Positions 27,344 to 37,850 of a stretch of DNA of 58,846 nucleotides are shown in pieces. How positions within the stretch are numbered: position 1 is the stretch's first letter; every line of letters begins with the position of its first letter. The stretch comes from Chloroflexota bacterium (lineage in GTDB: Bacteria > Chloroflexota > Anaerolineae > Anaerolineales > Anaerolineaceae). Position numbers and translations under genes: made by a program. The DNA lies in the NCBI GenBank assembly GCA_034717715.1, contig JAYELT010000178.1:1-58846 (forward strand), read 5' to 3'. Below the pieces are notes generated by a model. It did no database searches, was not told the origin of the DNA, and saw nothing but the letters and a program-made list of their open reading frames with translations.

Positions 27344-28735
27344 CTATTCCTCCTGTTTCTCTCGCAAAAAGAACCTTGCGGCGCTGTTCACCAACATGAT
27401 CATAATGAATAATAAAACCCCTGTAAAAAATAATGCGGAACGATGTGCACCCGCTGCATAATTAATTTCCACTGCGATATTGCCCGTCAATGTACGGGCG
27501 GTATTGAGAATAATTGTCAGCGGATTTTCCGTCAGCGGCTTTGGCATAGCAATGGAATTTCCAATCACCATGATCATCGCCATGGTTTCTCCCAACGCAC
27601 GTCCAATACCCAAAATAACTCCCGCGATAATTCCGGACCGGGCTGCTGGCAGGATCACCTTTACGATTGTTTGCCAATGAGTTCCACCTAGGGCCAGAGA
27701 ACCTTCCTTATATTCTCTGGGGACAGCGCGGATGGCATCCTCAGCAATATTTGTGATAGTTGGGATGATCATCACAGCCAGGATGATTGATGCGTTCAGC
27801 AGGCCAAAGCCTGTATTTCGTGGAATATCAATATTTCGGATAAGCGGTGCCAGGACGACCATTCCAAATAAGCCGTAAACAACAGAGGGAATACCAGCCA
27901 ATAATTCCACAGCTGGACGCAGTATCTCTCGGACCGCTTGTGGTGCCACCTCAGCCAGCAATATCGCTGTTCCAACGGATAACGGCACTCCGATAACAAT
28001 CGCCCCAAATGTGCTCAATATCGATCCCAGAATCATAGGCAAAAGCCCAAACTGGGCTTCATCAGTACCGATAATTGATCCCGGCCGCCAGATCGTACCC
28101 AAAAGCATAGTATCCAAGCCAATTTCTTCCACCGATTGCCAGGCTTCAGTCATTGTAAATAGGAAAATTAAGAGAACAATGATAATACTGCTCAGAGCAG
28201 TTGCCAACAATATATACTTTACAGTTCTATCCACAAACTCACGCTGTTTGGGGCTTTCTTCGTAATACTGGTCAATTTTCATCAGGGCAAAGATCAGAGC
28301 AATTGGGATGATTGCATAACTCAGGAAATACAATAACCCTCGCCACACAACCTGCAGAATAGATGAAATTGGTACTACCAATTCCCCCGCAAAAATACTG
28401 GACGATATGGCAAATATAATGATAACAAAATAATAAATGATGAATAAGGTAAGAACAGTTAATAGGGTTGTCCTCGCCCAATTTTTATATTGCCAAATTC
28501 CCTTCGCAACAAGACCTAATAAAATTCCAGCAAGTATCGCTCCGATACAGTAATGAATATGACTAAGCCCCAGCAGACTATCTTCATTCACCTCAATAGA
28601 TCCAGGTGTAACAAATAAATATATTGCAAAAGCTAGAGCAGCAAGTGCAGCAAGACCGAGTAGGATAGATAATGATTTTGAGATTATGCCAACGTATGGG
28701 GGTTTATTGATGGTCTTTGATTGGAGATTTGACAT
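27344..28735 (-). CDS. pstC: Phosphate ABC transporter permease with N-terminal membrane extension
   Basis: FGLLPMILGS, VELLAGIPSVVYG, GRALGETMA, TLTGNIAVE. Confidence 0.92.
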   Translation of the reverse strand: MSNLQSKTINKPPYVGIISKSLSILLGLAALAALAFAIYLFVTPGSIEVNEDSLLGLSHIHYCIGAILAGILLGLVAKGIWQYKNWARTTLLTVLTLFIIYYFVIIIFAISSSIFAGELVVPISSILQVVWRGLLYFLSYAIIPIALIFALMKIDQYYEESPKQREFVDRTVKYILLATALSSIIIVLLIFLFTMTEAWQSVEEIGLDTMLLGTIWRPGSIIGTDEAQFGLLPMILGSILSTFGAIVIGVPLSVGTAILLAEVAPQAVREILRPAVELLAGIPSVVYGLFGMVVLAPLIRNIDIPRNTGFGLLNASIILAVMIIPTITNIAEDAIRAVPREYKEGSLALGGTHWQTIVKVILPAARSGIIAGVILGIGRALGETMAMIMVIGNSIAMPKPLTENPLTIILNTARTLTGNIAVEINYAAGAHRSALFFTGVLLFIMIMLVNSAARFFLREKQEE

Positions 28736-28745
28736 GTAGTTTATT

Positions 28746-28800
28746 CCTAAATGTTGAAGGCGACTATTTATTATAACAGCGCGCCTTCAACACTTTTAGG
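28746..28800. terminator. Stem-loop between pstS and pstC
   Basis: TGTTGAAGGCG...CGCCTTCAACA inverted repeat with outer CCTAAA/TTTAGG. Confidence 0.6.
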
Positions 28801-28843
28801 GATTCATCTGATCAGCATACCTGGATCAGAAACCAGAACATTT

Positions 28844-29734
28844 TTATTTCACAGTTATATAATCTTCAGACACAATTTCCTGACCCATATCACTGAAAAT
28901 GAAGTCAAGAAAAGCTTGAGCAAGGTCATTTGGACCGCCTTTGGTCAGCATGTTCAACGGACGGAAGATTGGGTAAGTCTCATTCTTGACATTAGCAATA
29001 GATGGCTCCACACAGTCGATCGCCACCGTTTTGATGCTCTCGTCAAGGAAACCAAAAGAGAGATAACCAATGGTGTCAGGTGTTTCAGCAACCGTCGTGC
29101 GAACCTGGCCGTTTGATTGCTGGAGCAGTGCATCTTCTGTAATAACCGCTTCTGTATCGCCAGATTCCATGACTAATTCTTCGAAAGCTGCGCGGGTTCC
29201 TGAACCCTCTTCCCTTGAAACAACAACGATCTCCGCATCTGTTCCACCAACTTCAGAATAATTGGTGATCTCACCAGCAAAGATCGCTTTCACCTGTTCA
29301 AGGGTCAAAGAAGGTAATTCTAAATCGGAGTTGGTTACAATAGCAATGCCATCATAAGCAATTGTGAAAACCTGAAGTTCTGGGAAGATTTCAAATTCTG
29401 ATTCCTTCACATTGCGCGAGGCGTTACCAATATCGACAGTACTTTCACCAGCGGAAGTAACACCAACACTGGAACCACCACCCTGAACCTCAATCATAAC
29501 CTCAGGATTGTCAGCCATAAAAGCCTCAGCTAAGGCTTCTGCCAGCGGTTGGACTGTTGTTGAGCCTGCAAGCTGAATCTGCCCTGAAAGTTCATTCAAG
29601 GTCGCTTCCTGTGGTTCAGTTTCTTCCTCCATCTTTGGTTCTTCTCTTTCCACGCTCAAATCAGGTTTGCAGGCTGAGAATAAGACTGCCGAGATCAAAA
29701 CGAGGATTATACTAACAAAATATTTTCGACGCAT
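28844..29734 (-). CDS. pstS: Phosphate ABC substrate-binding lipoprotein
   Basis: Lipobox FSAC; AGSTTVQP, QGGGSSVG, SREEGSGTRAAF, YPIFRPL. Confidence 0.95.
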   Translation of the reverse strand: MRRKYFVSIILVLISAVLFSACKPDLSVEREEPKMEEETEPQEATLNELSGQIQLAGSTTVQPLAEALAEAFMADNPEVMIEVQGGGSSVGVTSAGESTVDIGNASRNVKESEFEIFPELQVFTIAYDGIAIVTNSDLELPSLTLEQVKAIFAGEITNYSEVGGTDAEIVVVSREEGSGTRAAFEELVMESGDTEAVITEDALLQQSNGQVRTTVAETPDTIGYLSFGFLDESIKTVAIDCVEPSIANVKNETYPIFRPLNMLTKGGPNDLAQAFLDFIFSDMGQEIVSEDYITVK

Positions 29735-29777
29735 TTTTTCTCCTTTATGAGAATAAACTTATGAATTGTTTGACATG

Positions 29778-29836
29778 GGTATCTTATCAAATGGGATTTA
29801 ACAACCGTGCAACTGCAAATTAACAAAATGTCAATT
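29778..29836 (-). promoter_or_regulatory. Candidate Pho-box-like 11-bp direct repeats and extended -10 for pstS
   Basis: TTAACA at 29798 and 29820 with degenerate units at 29809 and 29831 (11-nt period); TGnTAAGAT immediately downstream on the minus strand. Confidence 0.5.
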
Positions 29837-30415
29837 CTTGGTTAAATCTGATTGATTCTCAAATGAACAATATGGTTAACGCACTGTGATATTAAAATTG
29901 ATTTGAATAGATGAATATTTTTGAGTGATTCTGTCCCATTAGTAATAATTTTTAATTATCCAAAATCAATAAGTCTAGATCATGAAAAAGTAAGATGTGA
30001 TCAACATCAGTGCTGGTTCTGCTTGTCATAGTTGTGGCGTCCATGTTGTGAGCAGAGCATAAAGACCGCTATTGTTACACGAGATTTCATGTATCATGGA
30101 AAATAAAGATGTTAGGATACTGTCTTATCACAAAGTCACAGATCTCAAAGATGGCATTGACGTGAATGCCCCCTCCAAACATCCATCATGTGTATTTACA
30201 CCACCGGTGAAACCACAGCCGAATCCACCAAAGCCTATTACGGCATACCGCAGGACATTATCCCTTCTGGGAGCATCATGCGATGGGAAAGCGGTTAATA
30301 TTTACATGCAGATGAAATGGAGGGTATTCAAAATACGAACAAATTTAGCAAAAATGATTTACAGGTCTGAATTGATTCCTGATTTCAGAAATTTTAAAAT
30401 GGCTGCTACAAGTGT

Positions 30416-31480
30416 TTAATAATTACTTCTGGCCTTTTCTCGTTCTTCTAACCAATCCTCGAATGAATTAGGAACAGGCAAAATTTCTTCGGAGAGTCTC
30501 ATGGATAGTGAAATAGCATCCTCAGGGCAGGCTCGAACACAAACGCCACACCCGACACAACAATCCGGATCGATGTTTGATACATCTAAAATCGTAATTG
30601 CATCAAATTGACAGAGACCCTCACAAATACCACAACCAGTACAAATATCATCAGACACTTGCGCCAGATACGCAGAACGAGCGACCACGTTTGCTATATG
30701 AGCTTCAGCAATCCCACGTAAAATTCCACAAGAACAAGTACAGCAGTTACACACATAGGAGATATCGCCCTTGTTATTTGATACAGTATGGACTAATCCT
30801 GCAGCAGCAGCCTGGTCTAATACGTCCAGGGCACCATCGAGACCTAAAGCTTCAATACCTCCTATGCCTTCAAATGCATTTGGTGTTTCACTCAAAACCA
30901 GACACACCCTAACCGGATGATCACAACCTTCACCAATGAGCGCTTTTTGTTTTCGACAAATGCAATCCATCACACCCCAGGCGCTCTTTGCAGATAACAA
31001 CTCAATAACATTGTCCTCAGGAAGGATTTCAACTTTGTCGTTGACTGTCTCATTTACTGGAATGATACGATGAAACTGAGGTGTAACTGAGAGAAGGTCA
31101 TGATTGGCTTCTCGATAATATTCTTCAAATAGATTTGCAAAGGTTTCATCCATCCTGCTGACTTGATTCTCGTAAAATCCAACAATAAACGGTAACAGCC
31201 TAACCGACAATCCCTTATCACCATGCTTGATGTTGATCAACCCTTTACCAGCCATACTCTTTATATGGCTTCGCACATCACTTTTCGAAATCCCTGACTT
31301 TGTAACGCTCTCATCTAAAGGCGTATATGCCAGTGAAAGTTTCGCAGCCAGCCCAGCTTCTGAAGCCGTGAACAATTGCGCTAAAAGCTTGAATTCCACA
31401 CCGCTTGCTGTTGAAGGGAAACGTTGCGGAAAAGAATCCAAACGTGCTGCCAGGGCTTGGTAGTTCTCATTATCATTCAT
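30416..31480 (-). CDS. 4Fe-4S dicluster protein with N-terminal HTH-like region
   Basis: DCICRKQK..C, CNCCTCSCG, CTGCGICEGLC, CVGCGVCVRACP. Confidence 0.85.
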   Translation of the reverse strand: MNDNENYQALAARLDSFPQRFPSTASGVEFKLLAQLFTASEAGLAAKLSLAYTPLDESVTKSGISKSDVRSHIKSMAGKGLINIKHGDKGLSVRLLPFIVGFYENQVSRMDETFANLFEEYYREANHDLLSVTPQFHRIIPVNETVNDKVEILPEDNVIELLSAKSAWGVMDCICRKQKALIGEGCDHPVRVCLVLSETPNAFEGIGGIEALGLDGALDVLDQAAAAGLVHTVSNNKGDISYVCNCCTCSCGILRGIAEAHIANVVARSAYLAQVSDDICTGCGICEGLCQFDAITILDVSNIDPDCCVGCGVCVRACPEDAISLSMRLSEEILPVPNSFEDWLEEREKARSNY

Positions 31481-31606
31481 GGATAAGACCTCACGATCAC
31501 TTGAACCTGATCCAAATTATCATGGATGTATTATATCTTCAGGGAGCATTCCTTGAAGGAGGACGGCCTCGGATAGATTTAAAAAATGGAAATTAAATAC
31601 GGCTTG

Positions 31607-33025
31607 TTATGCTTCCGACTGCCAATGGGTATGATAGTTTCCCTTCATATCTACCCGTTGGTAGGTATGTGCTCCAAAATAATCCCGCTGTGCCTGAATT
31701 AGATTGGCAGGCAGTTGTGCTGTCCGCAAGCTATCAAAATAAGCAATAGCCGAACTCATTGCATACACTGGAATACCCAAACCCAAGGCGGTTGAGATCA
31801 CATAGCGCATAGCGCCTTGCCGATGGACCACACAATCACGAAAATCCTCATCCAATAGTAAGTTGGCTAATTTTTCATTTCGGTCATAGGCACACATAAT
31901 ATCATCCAGTAAATCTGCCCGGATGATGCAGCCTGCCCGCCAGATTTTGGCAATACACTGCATATCTAAATGATAATCATATTCCTCAGAAGCCAGGATC
32001 ATCAATCCAAACCCCTGAGCATAAGAAATGATCATGCCGGCATACAAAGCTTCTTTGGCGGCATCGATCAGCTGTTGACGATTTCCTGTAAAAACCAACT
32101 CCGGACCCTTGAGTACCTGACTTGCTTCCATCCTGCATTCCTTCATTCCGGAAATGATCCGGCTGGATACTGCAGCATTGATGGTGTGTGTCGCTGCACC
32201 TAGGTCTAAGGCACTCTGGCTGGTCCACTTTCCAGTTCCTTTTTGTTTGGCTTTATCTAAAATCACACTTAAAATTGGTTGACCAGTCCCAAGATCCACT
32301 TTATTTAAGATTTCACCGGTGATCTCAACCAGGTAAGATGAGAGCTCGCCAGCATTCCACTCAGAAAACAATTCCCCCAATTCATCATCTGATAATCCCA
32401 AACCTCGATGCAATAGATCATACACTTCCGCAATCAACTGCATAATGGCATATTCAATCCCATTGTGAACCATTTTGACATAATGACCTGCACTACCCCT
32501 CCCTAAATAATCAACACAGGCTTCTCCATCATGTGCTTTTCCTGCAGCAGCAGTAAGGATCTCCCTGACAGCTTCCCAAGCTTCTCGCTGACCACCAGGC
32601 ATAATGCTGGGACCATGCAATGCTCCTTCTTCACCACCAGACACTCCTGCCCCAACAAACATAAGCCCTTCTTTATTTAGGGTGATATTTCGATGTTCTG
32701 TGTCCTCGAAAAACGAATTACCGCCGTCAATTAGAATATCGCCCTGTTCAAGATAGGGTTTGATTTCTTCAATAACCGCGTCAACAGCAGGACCTGCTTT
32801 AACCATCAACATAATCTTGCGGGGTTTTTCAAGTTTTTCAGCCAGATCCTTATAGGAATAAGTCCCAATAACAGCTTTATCTTTAGCTGAGGAATTAATA
32901 AAATCGTTTGTTTTCGCAGGTGTGCGATTGTAAACTGCTACGGGATACCCCTTGTCAGCAATATTTAACACCAGGTTTTGCCCCATCACACCCAAGCCAA
33001 CCAGACCAATTTTCGCTTTTTCCAT
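31607..33025 (-). CDS. gnd: NADP-dependent 6-phosphogluconate dehydrogenase
   Basis: GLVGLGVMGQNL, GVSGGEEGA, VKMVHNGIEY, QAQRDYFGAHTY. Confidence 0.97.
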   Translation of the reverse strand: MEKAKIGLVGLGVMGQNLVLNIADKGYPVAVYNRTPAKTNDFINSSAKDKAVIGTYSYKDLAEKLEKPRKIMLMVKAGPAVDAVIEEIKPYLEQGDILIDGGNSFFEDTEHRNITLNKEGLMFVGAGVSGGEEGALHGPSIMPGGQREAWEAVREILTAAAGKAHDGEACVDYLGRGSAGHYVKMVHNGIEYAIMQLIAEVYDLLHRGLGLSDDELGELFSEWNAGELSSYLVEITGEILNKVDLGTGQPILSVILDKAKQKGTGKWTSQSALDLGAATHTINAAVSSRIISGMKECRMEASQVLKGPELVFTGNRQQLIDAAKEALYAGMIISYAQGFGLMILASEEYDYHLDMQCIAKIWRAGCIIRADLLDDIMCAYDRNEKLANLLLDEDFRDCVVHRQGAMRYVISTALGLGIPVYAMSSAIAYFDSLRTAQLPANLIQAQRDYFGAHTYQRVDMKGNYHTHWQSEA

Positions 33026-33217
33026 TCATACTCCTCTTTTTAATGATCCTTGTCTGATTTTACCTGATTCCGCATTTCTTCAGCAGCTGTAACGACCTCA
33101 TGGTCCATAATCTATTTAAAAATTCCACTCTCGACATCGTTAACAACCATGAGTTTCGTGATTTATCGCTAAATTTTATCTCTCTGCTTTGCAAACAGAT
33201 AATGATCATATGGAACG

Positions 33218-33251
33218 CAAAAAGCCCATACCTGCTCAACGCAGAGGGCTT
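33218..33251 (-). terminator. Probable intrinsic terminator after pdp
   Basis: Minus strand AAGCCC...GGGCTT followed by a T-run. Confidence 0.5.
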
Positions 33252-33340
33252 ATATAATGATAATCAATGCTTAATGCGAAGAAAATTTAAAAGTTGAGAT
33301 TTAATATAGGCGGTTCGGAGTTAACCATATATCAATAAGG

Positions 33341-34645
33341 TTAATCCACCAATCCATAGAATAGTGGTAAGGGGTCCACTGCTTCGGATACGATCTTGAC
33401 AGCTCCCCTAAGATTGGCTTCTGCTTCTTGCAGCGTCACCTCATCCCGGGCATGGATCACGAACAATGGTTGACCATTCTCAACATGGTCTCCAACTTTA
33501 ACATGAACCATAATTCCTACCGCAAGATCTATTGGTTCACCTTTCTTCCGCCGACCAGCACCCAAGAGCACCGCCGTCTCTCCAACCGTCCGAGCATGGA
33601 CTTTGGAAACATAACCATCTTCCCATGCCTCAACTACCAATTTGAATGGTGCTTCAGGAAGCTTGTCAGGTTTGTCAATATAGGAGACATCCCCCTCCTG
33701 TGCTTCGACCAATTTCCTGAGATAATCCAAACCACTGCCAGAGTCAATCGCTTCCTCAGCCAAAGTCACAGCCTGCGATTTTGATCCAGCTTTTTTGCCT
33801 AGGATCAACATTTGACTGGCAATCTCCAGGCAGTGTGCTTTAAAATCCTCCGGACCCTGGCCTTTCAAGGTCTCTATGGCTTCTTTCATCTCCAGCGAAT
33901 TGCCAACGGCCATCCCCAGGGGTTGATTCATATCTGACATAACAGCCACGACGTCCCGCCCACTCAGCTCACCAATAGAAACCATCAAGGATGCCAGCTT
34001 GCGCGCTTCATCGAGAGTCTCCATAAAAGCACCATTACCCATCTTAACATCCAACACAATGGCTTGTGCCCCTGCCGCTATTTTTTTACTCATGATTGAA
34101 GAAGCAATCAGAGGGGTCGATTGGACTGTCCCGGTCACATCCCTGAGGGCATAGAGTTTTCCATCAGCAGGAGCAAGGTCCACACTTTGTCCAGTGAGAA
34201 CCATCCCTAAAGTACCCAGCTGTTTGAGAAATTCTTCCTTAGAAAGGTCAGTTCGATAGCCAGGGATCGATTCAAGCTTATCCAGCGTCCCGCCGCTGAA
34301 TCCCAACCCTCGCCCGGACATTTTCCCCACTGGCAATCCACATGCTCGAACCATGGGAACAACTGCGATGGATGTCTTATCTCCGACTCCGCCTGATGAA
34401 TGTTTATCGACAGCGATATCAACCACATCCTTTAGATCCAGCGTATCGCCGCTGTTGGCCATCGCCATTGTGAGGTGAGTTGTTTCTTCTGGAGTCATCC
34501 CCATAAGGAGAACGGCCATCGCCCAAGCTGATGCCTGGTAATCCTCGATATCTCCTGCGGTGTATCCCTGGATGAAAAAGTTAATCTCAGCTTTGGATAA
34601 TACTTGCCCATCACGTTTCTTTTTTATGATATCAACGGCCCGCAT
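33341..34645 (-). CDS. pdp: Pyrimidine-nucleoside/thymidine phosphorylase
   Basis: MRAVDIIKKKRDG, DKHSSGGVGDK, KMSGRGLGFSGGTLDKLESIPG, SIMSKK. Confidence 0.95.
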   Translation of the reverse strand: MRAVDIIKKKRDGQVLSKAEINFFIQGYTAGDIEDYQASAWAMAVLLMGMTPEETTHLTMAMANSGDTLDLKDVVDIAVDKHSSGGVGDKTSIAVVPMVRACGLPVGKMSGRGLGFSGGTLDKLESIPGYRTDLSKEEFLKQLGTLGMVLTGQSVDLAPADGKLYALRDVTGTVQSTPLIASSIMSKKIAAGAQAIVLDVKMGNGAFMETLDEARKLASLMVSIGELSGRDVVAVMSDMNQPLGMAVGNSLEMKEAIETLKGQGPEDFKAHCLEIASQMLILGKKAGSKSQAVTLAEEAIDSGSGLDYLRKLVEAQEGDVSYIDKPDKLPEAPFKLVVEAWEDGYVSKVHARTVGETAVLLGAGRRKKGEPIDLAVGIMVHVKVGDHVENGQPLFVIHARDEVTLQEAEANLRGAVKIVSEAVDPLPLFYGLVD

Positions 34646-34678
34646 ATGCACCTCCTCCACATCTTATTCTACCGTAAT

Positions 34679-34730
34679 TAAAAAACCGTAAGGTTTCAAA
34701 TTGCATTCCTATGCTTGAAACCTTACGGTT
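34679..34730 (-). terminator. Intrinsic terminator of the rpmH-jag operon
   Basis: Perfect 16-bp inverted repeat AACCGTAAGGTTTCAA/TTGAAACCTTACGGTT with a T-tail on the minus strand. Confidence 0.8.
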
Positions 34731-34752
34731 AGGTCCATATTTCAATCACTTC

Positions 34753-35484
34753 TTATTCTGCAGGACGTACAGTGACCTTTCGCTGTGGTCCTTCTCCAAT
34801 GCTCTCTGTTTCAACGAGCGGGTTATCCCGCAATTCAATATGGATAATCCGGCGTTCATTCGGCGACATCGGCTCCAAAACCTGCCTGCGACCGGTGCTG
34901 ATCACCTGTTGAGCAATCATTTGACCAAGTTTGCGCAGCTCTTCTTCTCGCCGGCGTCGATAGTGTTGAATATCGATAATCAGAGGGACCCAACGGCCTA
35001 ACTCCCGCCCAACGATCAAACTGGTGACATACTGTAAGGCATTAATGGTCTCAGCTTTGCGTCCGATCAAGAAGCTCAGGTCTTTCCCCTCAATATCAAT
35101 TAATACTGGTGCTACTCGATTAGTATCACCTTCCCCCAGTTTCACTGTGACATCAGCGTTGACATGCATCTTCTCAAGGATGATATTGATCGTTTCCCTG
35201 GCGATACTGACTTCTTCAGACTCATCATCAATCACACCGTCAGCTGTAGGTTCCTCATGCGTTACATCTCCGGTCTTCACTTCTTGCGATTCCGCTGCAT
35301 GAGATTTGATTTTCAAAGCCACTCTTGCTTGCCGAGTGCCTAGTCCAAGTAATCCTTTTTTACCTTCGTCAAGAACTTCAACGTCAATATCTGCTATGGT
35401 CAAGCCAAGGTCCTGCAAGCCTTTTTCAATTGCTTCTTCCACTGAAGGTGCAATGATTTCCAATTTCGTTCTTTCTTCAGACAT
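34753..35484 (-). CDS. jag: Jag/EloR/KhpB RNA-binding protein (Jag_N, KH, R3H)
   Basis: SVEEAIEKGL, LIGRKAETINALQY, LEPMSPNERRIIH, ESIGEGPQRKV. Confidence 0.93.
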   Translation of the reverse strand: MSEERTKLEIIAPSVEEAIEKGLQDLGLTIADIDVEVLDEGKKGLLGLGTRQARVALKIKSHAAESQEVKTGDVTHEEPTADGVIDDESEEVSIARETINIILEKMHVNADVTVKLGEGDTNRVAPVLIDIEGKDLSFLIGRKAETINALQYVTSLIVGRELGRWVPLIIDIQHYRRRREEELRKLGQMIAQQVISTGRRQVLEPMSPNERRIIHIELRDNPLVETESIGEGPQRKVTVRPAE

Positions 35485-35526
35485 TATTCCCTCGATGTAT
35501 TCCCATTTGTTGAACGAGATGATTCC

Positions 35527-36450
35527 TTATTTCTTACTCTTCTTCTTCATTTTCGGACGCATTTGTTTGGTCGTTTGACGCTTAGTGCTTTCAGACGCAG
35601 GTTTTGTTGGTTCTTCAGTTTCCTCAACAGTTTCTGGTACGTTTTCCACTTTGGCATCCACAATTCCTGATTTTGTCTTTCCAGGCTTCTCATCCTTCTT
35701 CTTCAGGAACGGGAAGATATTGGACCAATTTGCCCTTCCTAGGAGGGCATATTGAATGATGCCGAAGAGGTTGCTGGTCAGGAAATAGATCGCCAGGCCA
35801 GATGCCAGAGAGTAAGCCATGAAACCCATCAAGATCGGCATATAAATACTCATTGAGTTACTGATCATTGCACTTTGATCATTCCCGGTTGAGGGGGGCT
35901 GGATCAATTTTGACTGCAAAAAGGTTGTGGCAACAACCAGGATGGCCAGGAATGGGATTGCAATTCCAAAAATATTGATCCGTTCAGGCTGTCCAAGATC
36001 CATCCACAGAAACTGGTTTTCCAAGGGTAGTATTTTCGAAGCATCAAGCAAACGGGGATAAATGATCTGCTGCAACTTGGTAAGCTCTAAGGGAGAAGCG
36101 GCCATAGCTCGCGTCACACTTTGATAAAGCCCAAGGATAAGCGGCAATTGGATCAATGTTGGCAAACAAGAGCCCAGCGGGTTAACACCAAACTCCTTGT
36201 GAAGCTTCATCTGCTCTTGAGCTAATTTTTCCTTATCGTTCTTATATTTCTCCTGCATCTTCTTGTAGCGGGGATCTTCCTGCATCACCTGCATTGATTT
36301 GGTTAACTTAAACTGTTGAACTGTCAGGGGATGGGTTATCAAGCGGATAAGGATGGTAAAGAGAATGATCGATATCCCAAAATTATTGACCAGTGAGTTG
36401 ATCAATAATAAAACATTTACAAAAGGTTGAATAACAATGGTATCCCACAT
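35527..36450 (-). CDS. yidC: Membrane protein insertase YidC/Oxa1 (short, monoderm type)
   Basis: FGISIILFTILIRLITHPL, GVNPLGSCLPTLIQLP, FLWMDL, SGLAIYF. Confidence 0.93.
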   Translation of the reverse strand: MWDTIVIQPFVNVLLLINSLVNNFGISIILFTILIRLITHPLTVQQFKLTKSMQVMQEDPRYKKMQEKYKNDKEKLAQEQMKLHKEFGVNPLGSCLPTLIQLPLILGLYQSVTRAMAASPLELTKLQQIIYPRLLDASKILPLENQFLWMDLGQPERINIFGIAIPFLAILVVATTFLQSKLIQPPSTGNDQSAMISNSMSIYMPILMGFMAYSLASGLAIYFLTSNLFGIIQYALLGRANWSNIFPFLKKKDEKPGKTKSGIVDAKVENVPETVEETEEPTKPASESTKRQTTKQMRPKMKKKSKK

Positions 36451-36462
36451 AGGTATTTTCCT

Positions 36463-37530
36463 TTAATCCTCAGGGGTAGTGGACCAGAGCTGTGCACCGG
36501 TTAAATTATAGCCATAGACGAGGTTGTCACCTTTGATCGTCCCTGCAACCAGGATGTCACCACTTTCTGCAGGTGCCTGATAGATCTCGCCATCTAAAGT
36601 GGATTCCCACTTCGGGCTGCCATCAAAGCCAACTGCTTTGATCGTGCCTTCCTGTATGGCCAGGACAAATCCATCCTCAATCATTGTCAGTCCGCTGACA
36701 ACGGTGCCTGAAATATTAGTTTGCCATACAGACTCGGCATCATCGGCTTTTAATGCATATAACTGACCGCCTGAATCAGCAAAATACAAAACATCTTCAA
36801 TCAGAAGCGGGTTACCCCAGATGCTCTCAAGGCTCTCATTTGCATCAAAGGTCCACAAATGATCTCCCGTAGTTGTGTCCAAAGCAACCATATCCTTCCC
36901 GATAGAGCCAACATAAATCACTGATCCATCTTCACTCAAAGCAGGTGCACCAACCACAGCACCAGCCATTTCCGTTGACCATAATTCTTCGCCATCCTTA
37001 GTGAGGGCGTAAACATAATGATCCATGGAGGCTATATAAACAACATCGTCGGTGACCTGAGGTTGTGCCCAAATATAATGTCCAGTCTCAAAAGTCCAAA
37101 GCAAATTTCCTTCTGCGCTGATCGCATAAAGGTTACCATCATTGCAAGGCGCATAGACAATTCCATCGGCTTCTGCAGCTTGGCCGATAAAATACCCTTT
37201 GGCTTCAGAGAAAGTCCACTCAACATCGCCATTCGCAATATTCAGCTTATAAAAATTATTTGCCAGGTCACCAATATAGACAAATGAATCAGCCAGTAAT
37301 GGTGTTGCATAAAAGACAATCTTGTTATCTTTCTTTTCTGGAAAATGCCAAACGACGGATCCAGATTCGGCATCCAGTCCGTAAACATAAGGGCCATATG
37401 CTACGACGGCAGTCTCATCCGCGAGGGAGATGCCAGGTGTACCGGTTACCCTCGGCCCAGAAACGCATGAGCTCAGGACAAAGGATAAACCCAGCAATAC
37501 GACAATGATCAAAAAATGTGTTTTTTTCAT
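36463..37530 (-). CDS. PQQ-like beta-propeller repeat lipoprotein (BamB-like fold)
   Basis: Lipobox LSSC; repeated YAL...G...W.F blades. Confidence 0.85.
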   Translation of the reverse strand: MKKTHFLIIVVLLGLSFVLSSCVSGPRVTGTPGISLADETAVVAYGPYVYGLDAESGSVVWHFPEKKDNKIVFYATPLLADSFVYIGDLANNFYKLNIANGDVEWTFSEAKGYFIGQAAEADGIVYAPCNDGNLYAISAEGNLLWTFETGHYIWAQPQVTDDVVYIASMDHYVYALTKDGEELWSTEMAGAVVGAPALSEDGSVIYVGSIGKDMVALDTTTGDHLWTFDANESLESIWGNPLLIEDVLYFADSGGQLYALKADDAESVWQTNISGTVVSGLTMIEDGFVLAIQEGTIKAVGFDGSPKWESTLDGEIYQAPAESGDILVAGTIKGDNLVYGYNLTGAQLWSTTPED

Positions 37531-37554
37531 ACATTTACTCTTCTAATAATAAAA

Positions 37555-37848
37555 TTAAGGAACCGGGTCAAAACCACCCGGATTAAATGGGTTGCATCGA
37601 AGTATTCTCTTAAGTGCCATCCAGCTACCTTGTAGAGCACCGTACTTATAGATCGCTTGGTAACCATAATGGGAACAAGTCGGATAGAATCGGCAGGTGT
37701 CTGAGGGTAAAGCAGGGGAAAAAACCAGCTGGTATAAGCGTATCACTCCAAGCAAAATCCATTGAGGAAGTGATATTAAACGAAGTGGGATATCTCGCAG
37801 GCGAGGTTCTAATTCTGATAGGTTACCAACTTCTGTTTTAACAGTCAA
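37555..37848 (-). CDS. yidD: Membrane protein insertion efficiency factor
   Basis: [27 protein letters not shown]. Confidence 0.95.
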   Translation of the reverse strand: MTVKTEVGNLSELEPRLRDIPLRLISLPQWILLGVIRLYQLVFSPALPSDTCRFYPTCSHYGYQAIYKYGALQGSWMALKRILRCNPFNPGGFDPVP

Positions 37849-37850
37849 CT

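Noticed and set aside
29900-30419. ORF 30072-30419 (+), or a minus-strand GFGGFG..GCLEGA remnant
   Set aside because: No RBS or family motif for the plus ORF; the minus-strand resemblance to C-GCAxxG-C-C proteins is too weak to support
33040-33180. Short minus-strand coding-like stretch upstream of gnd
   Set aside because: Under 40 codons, interrupted by a stop, with no recognisable motif
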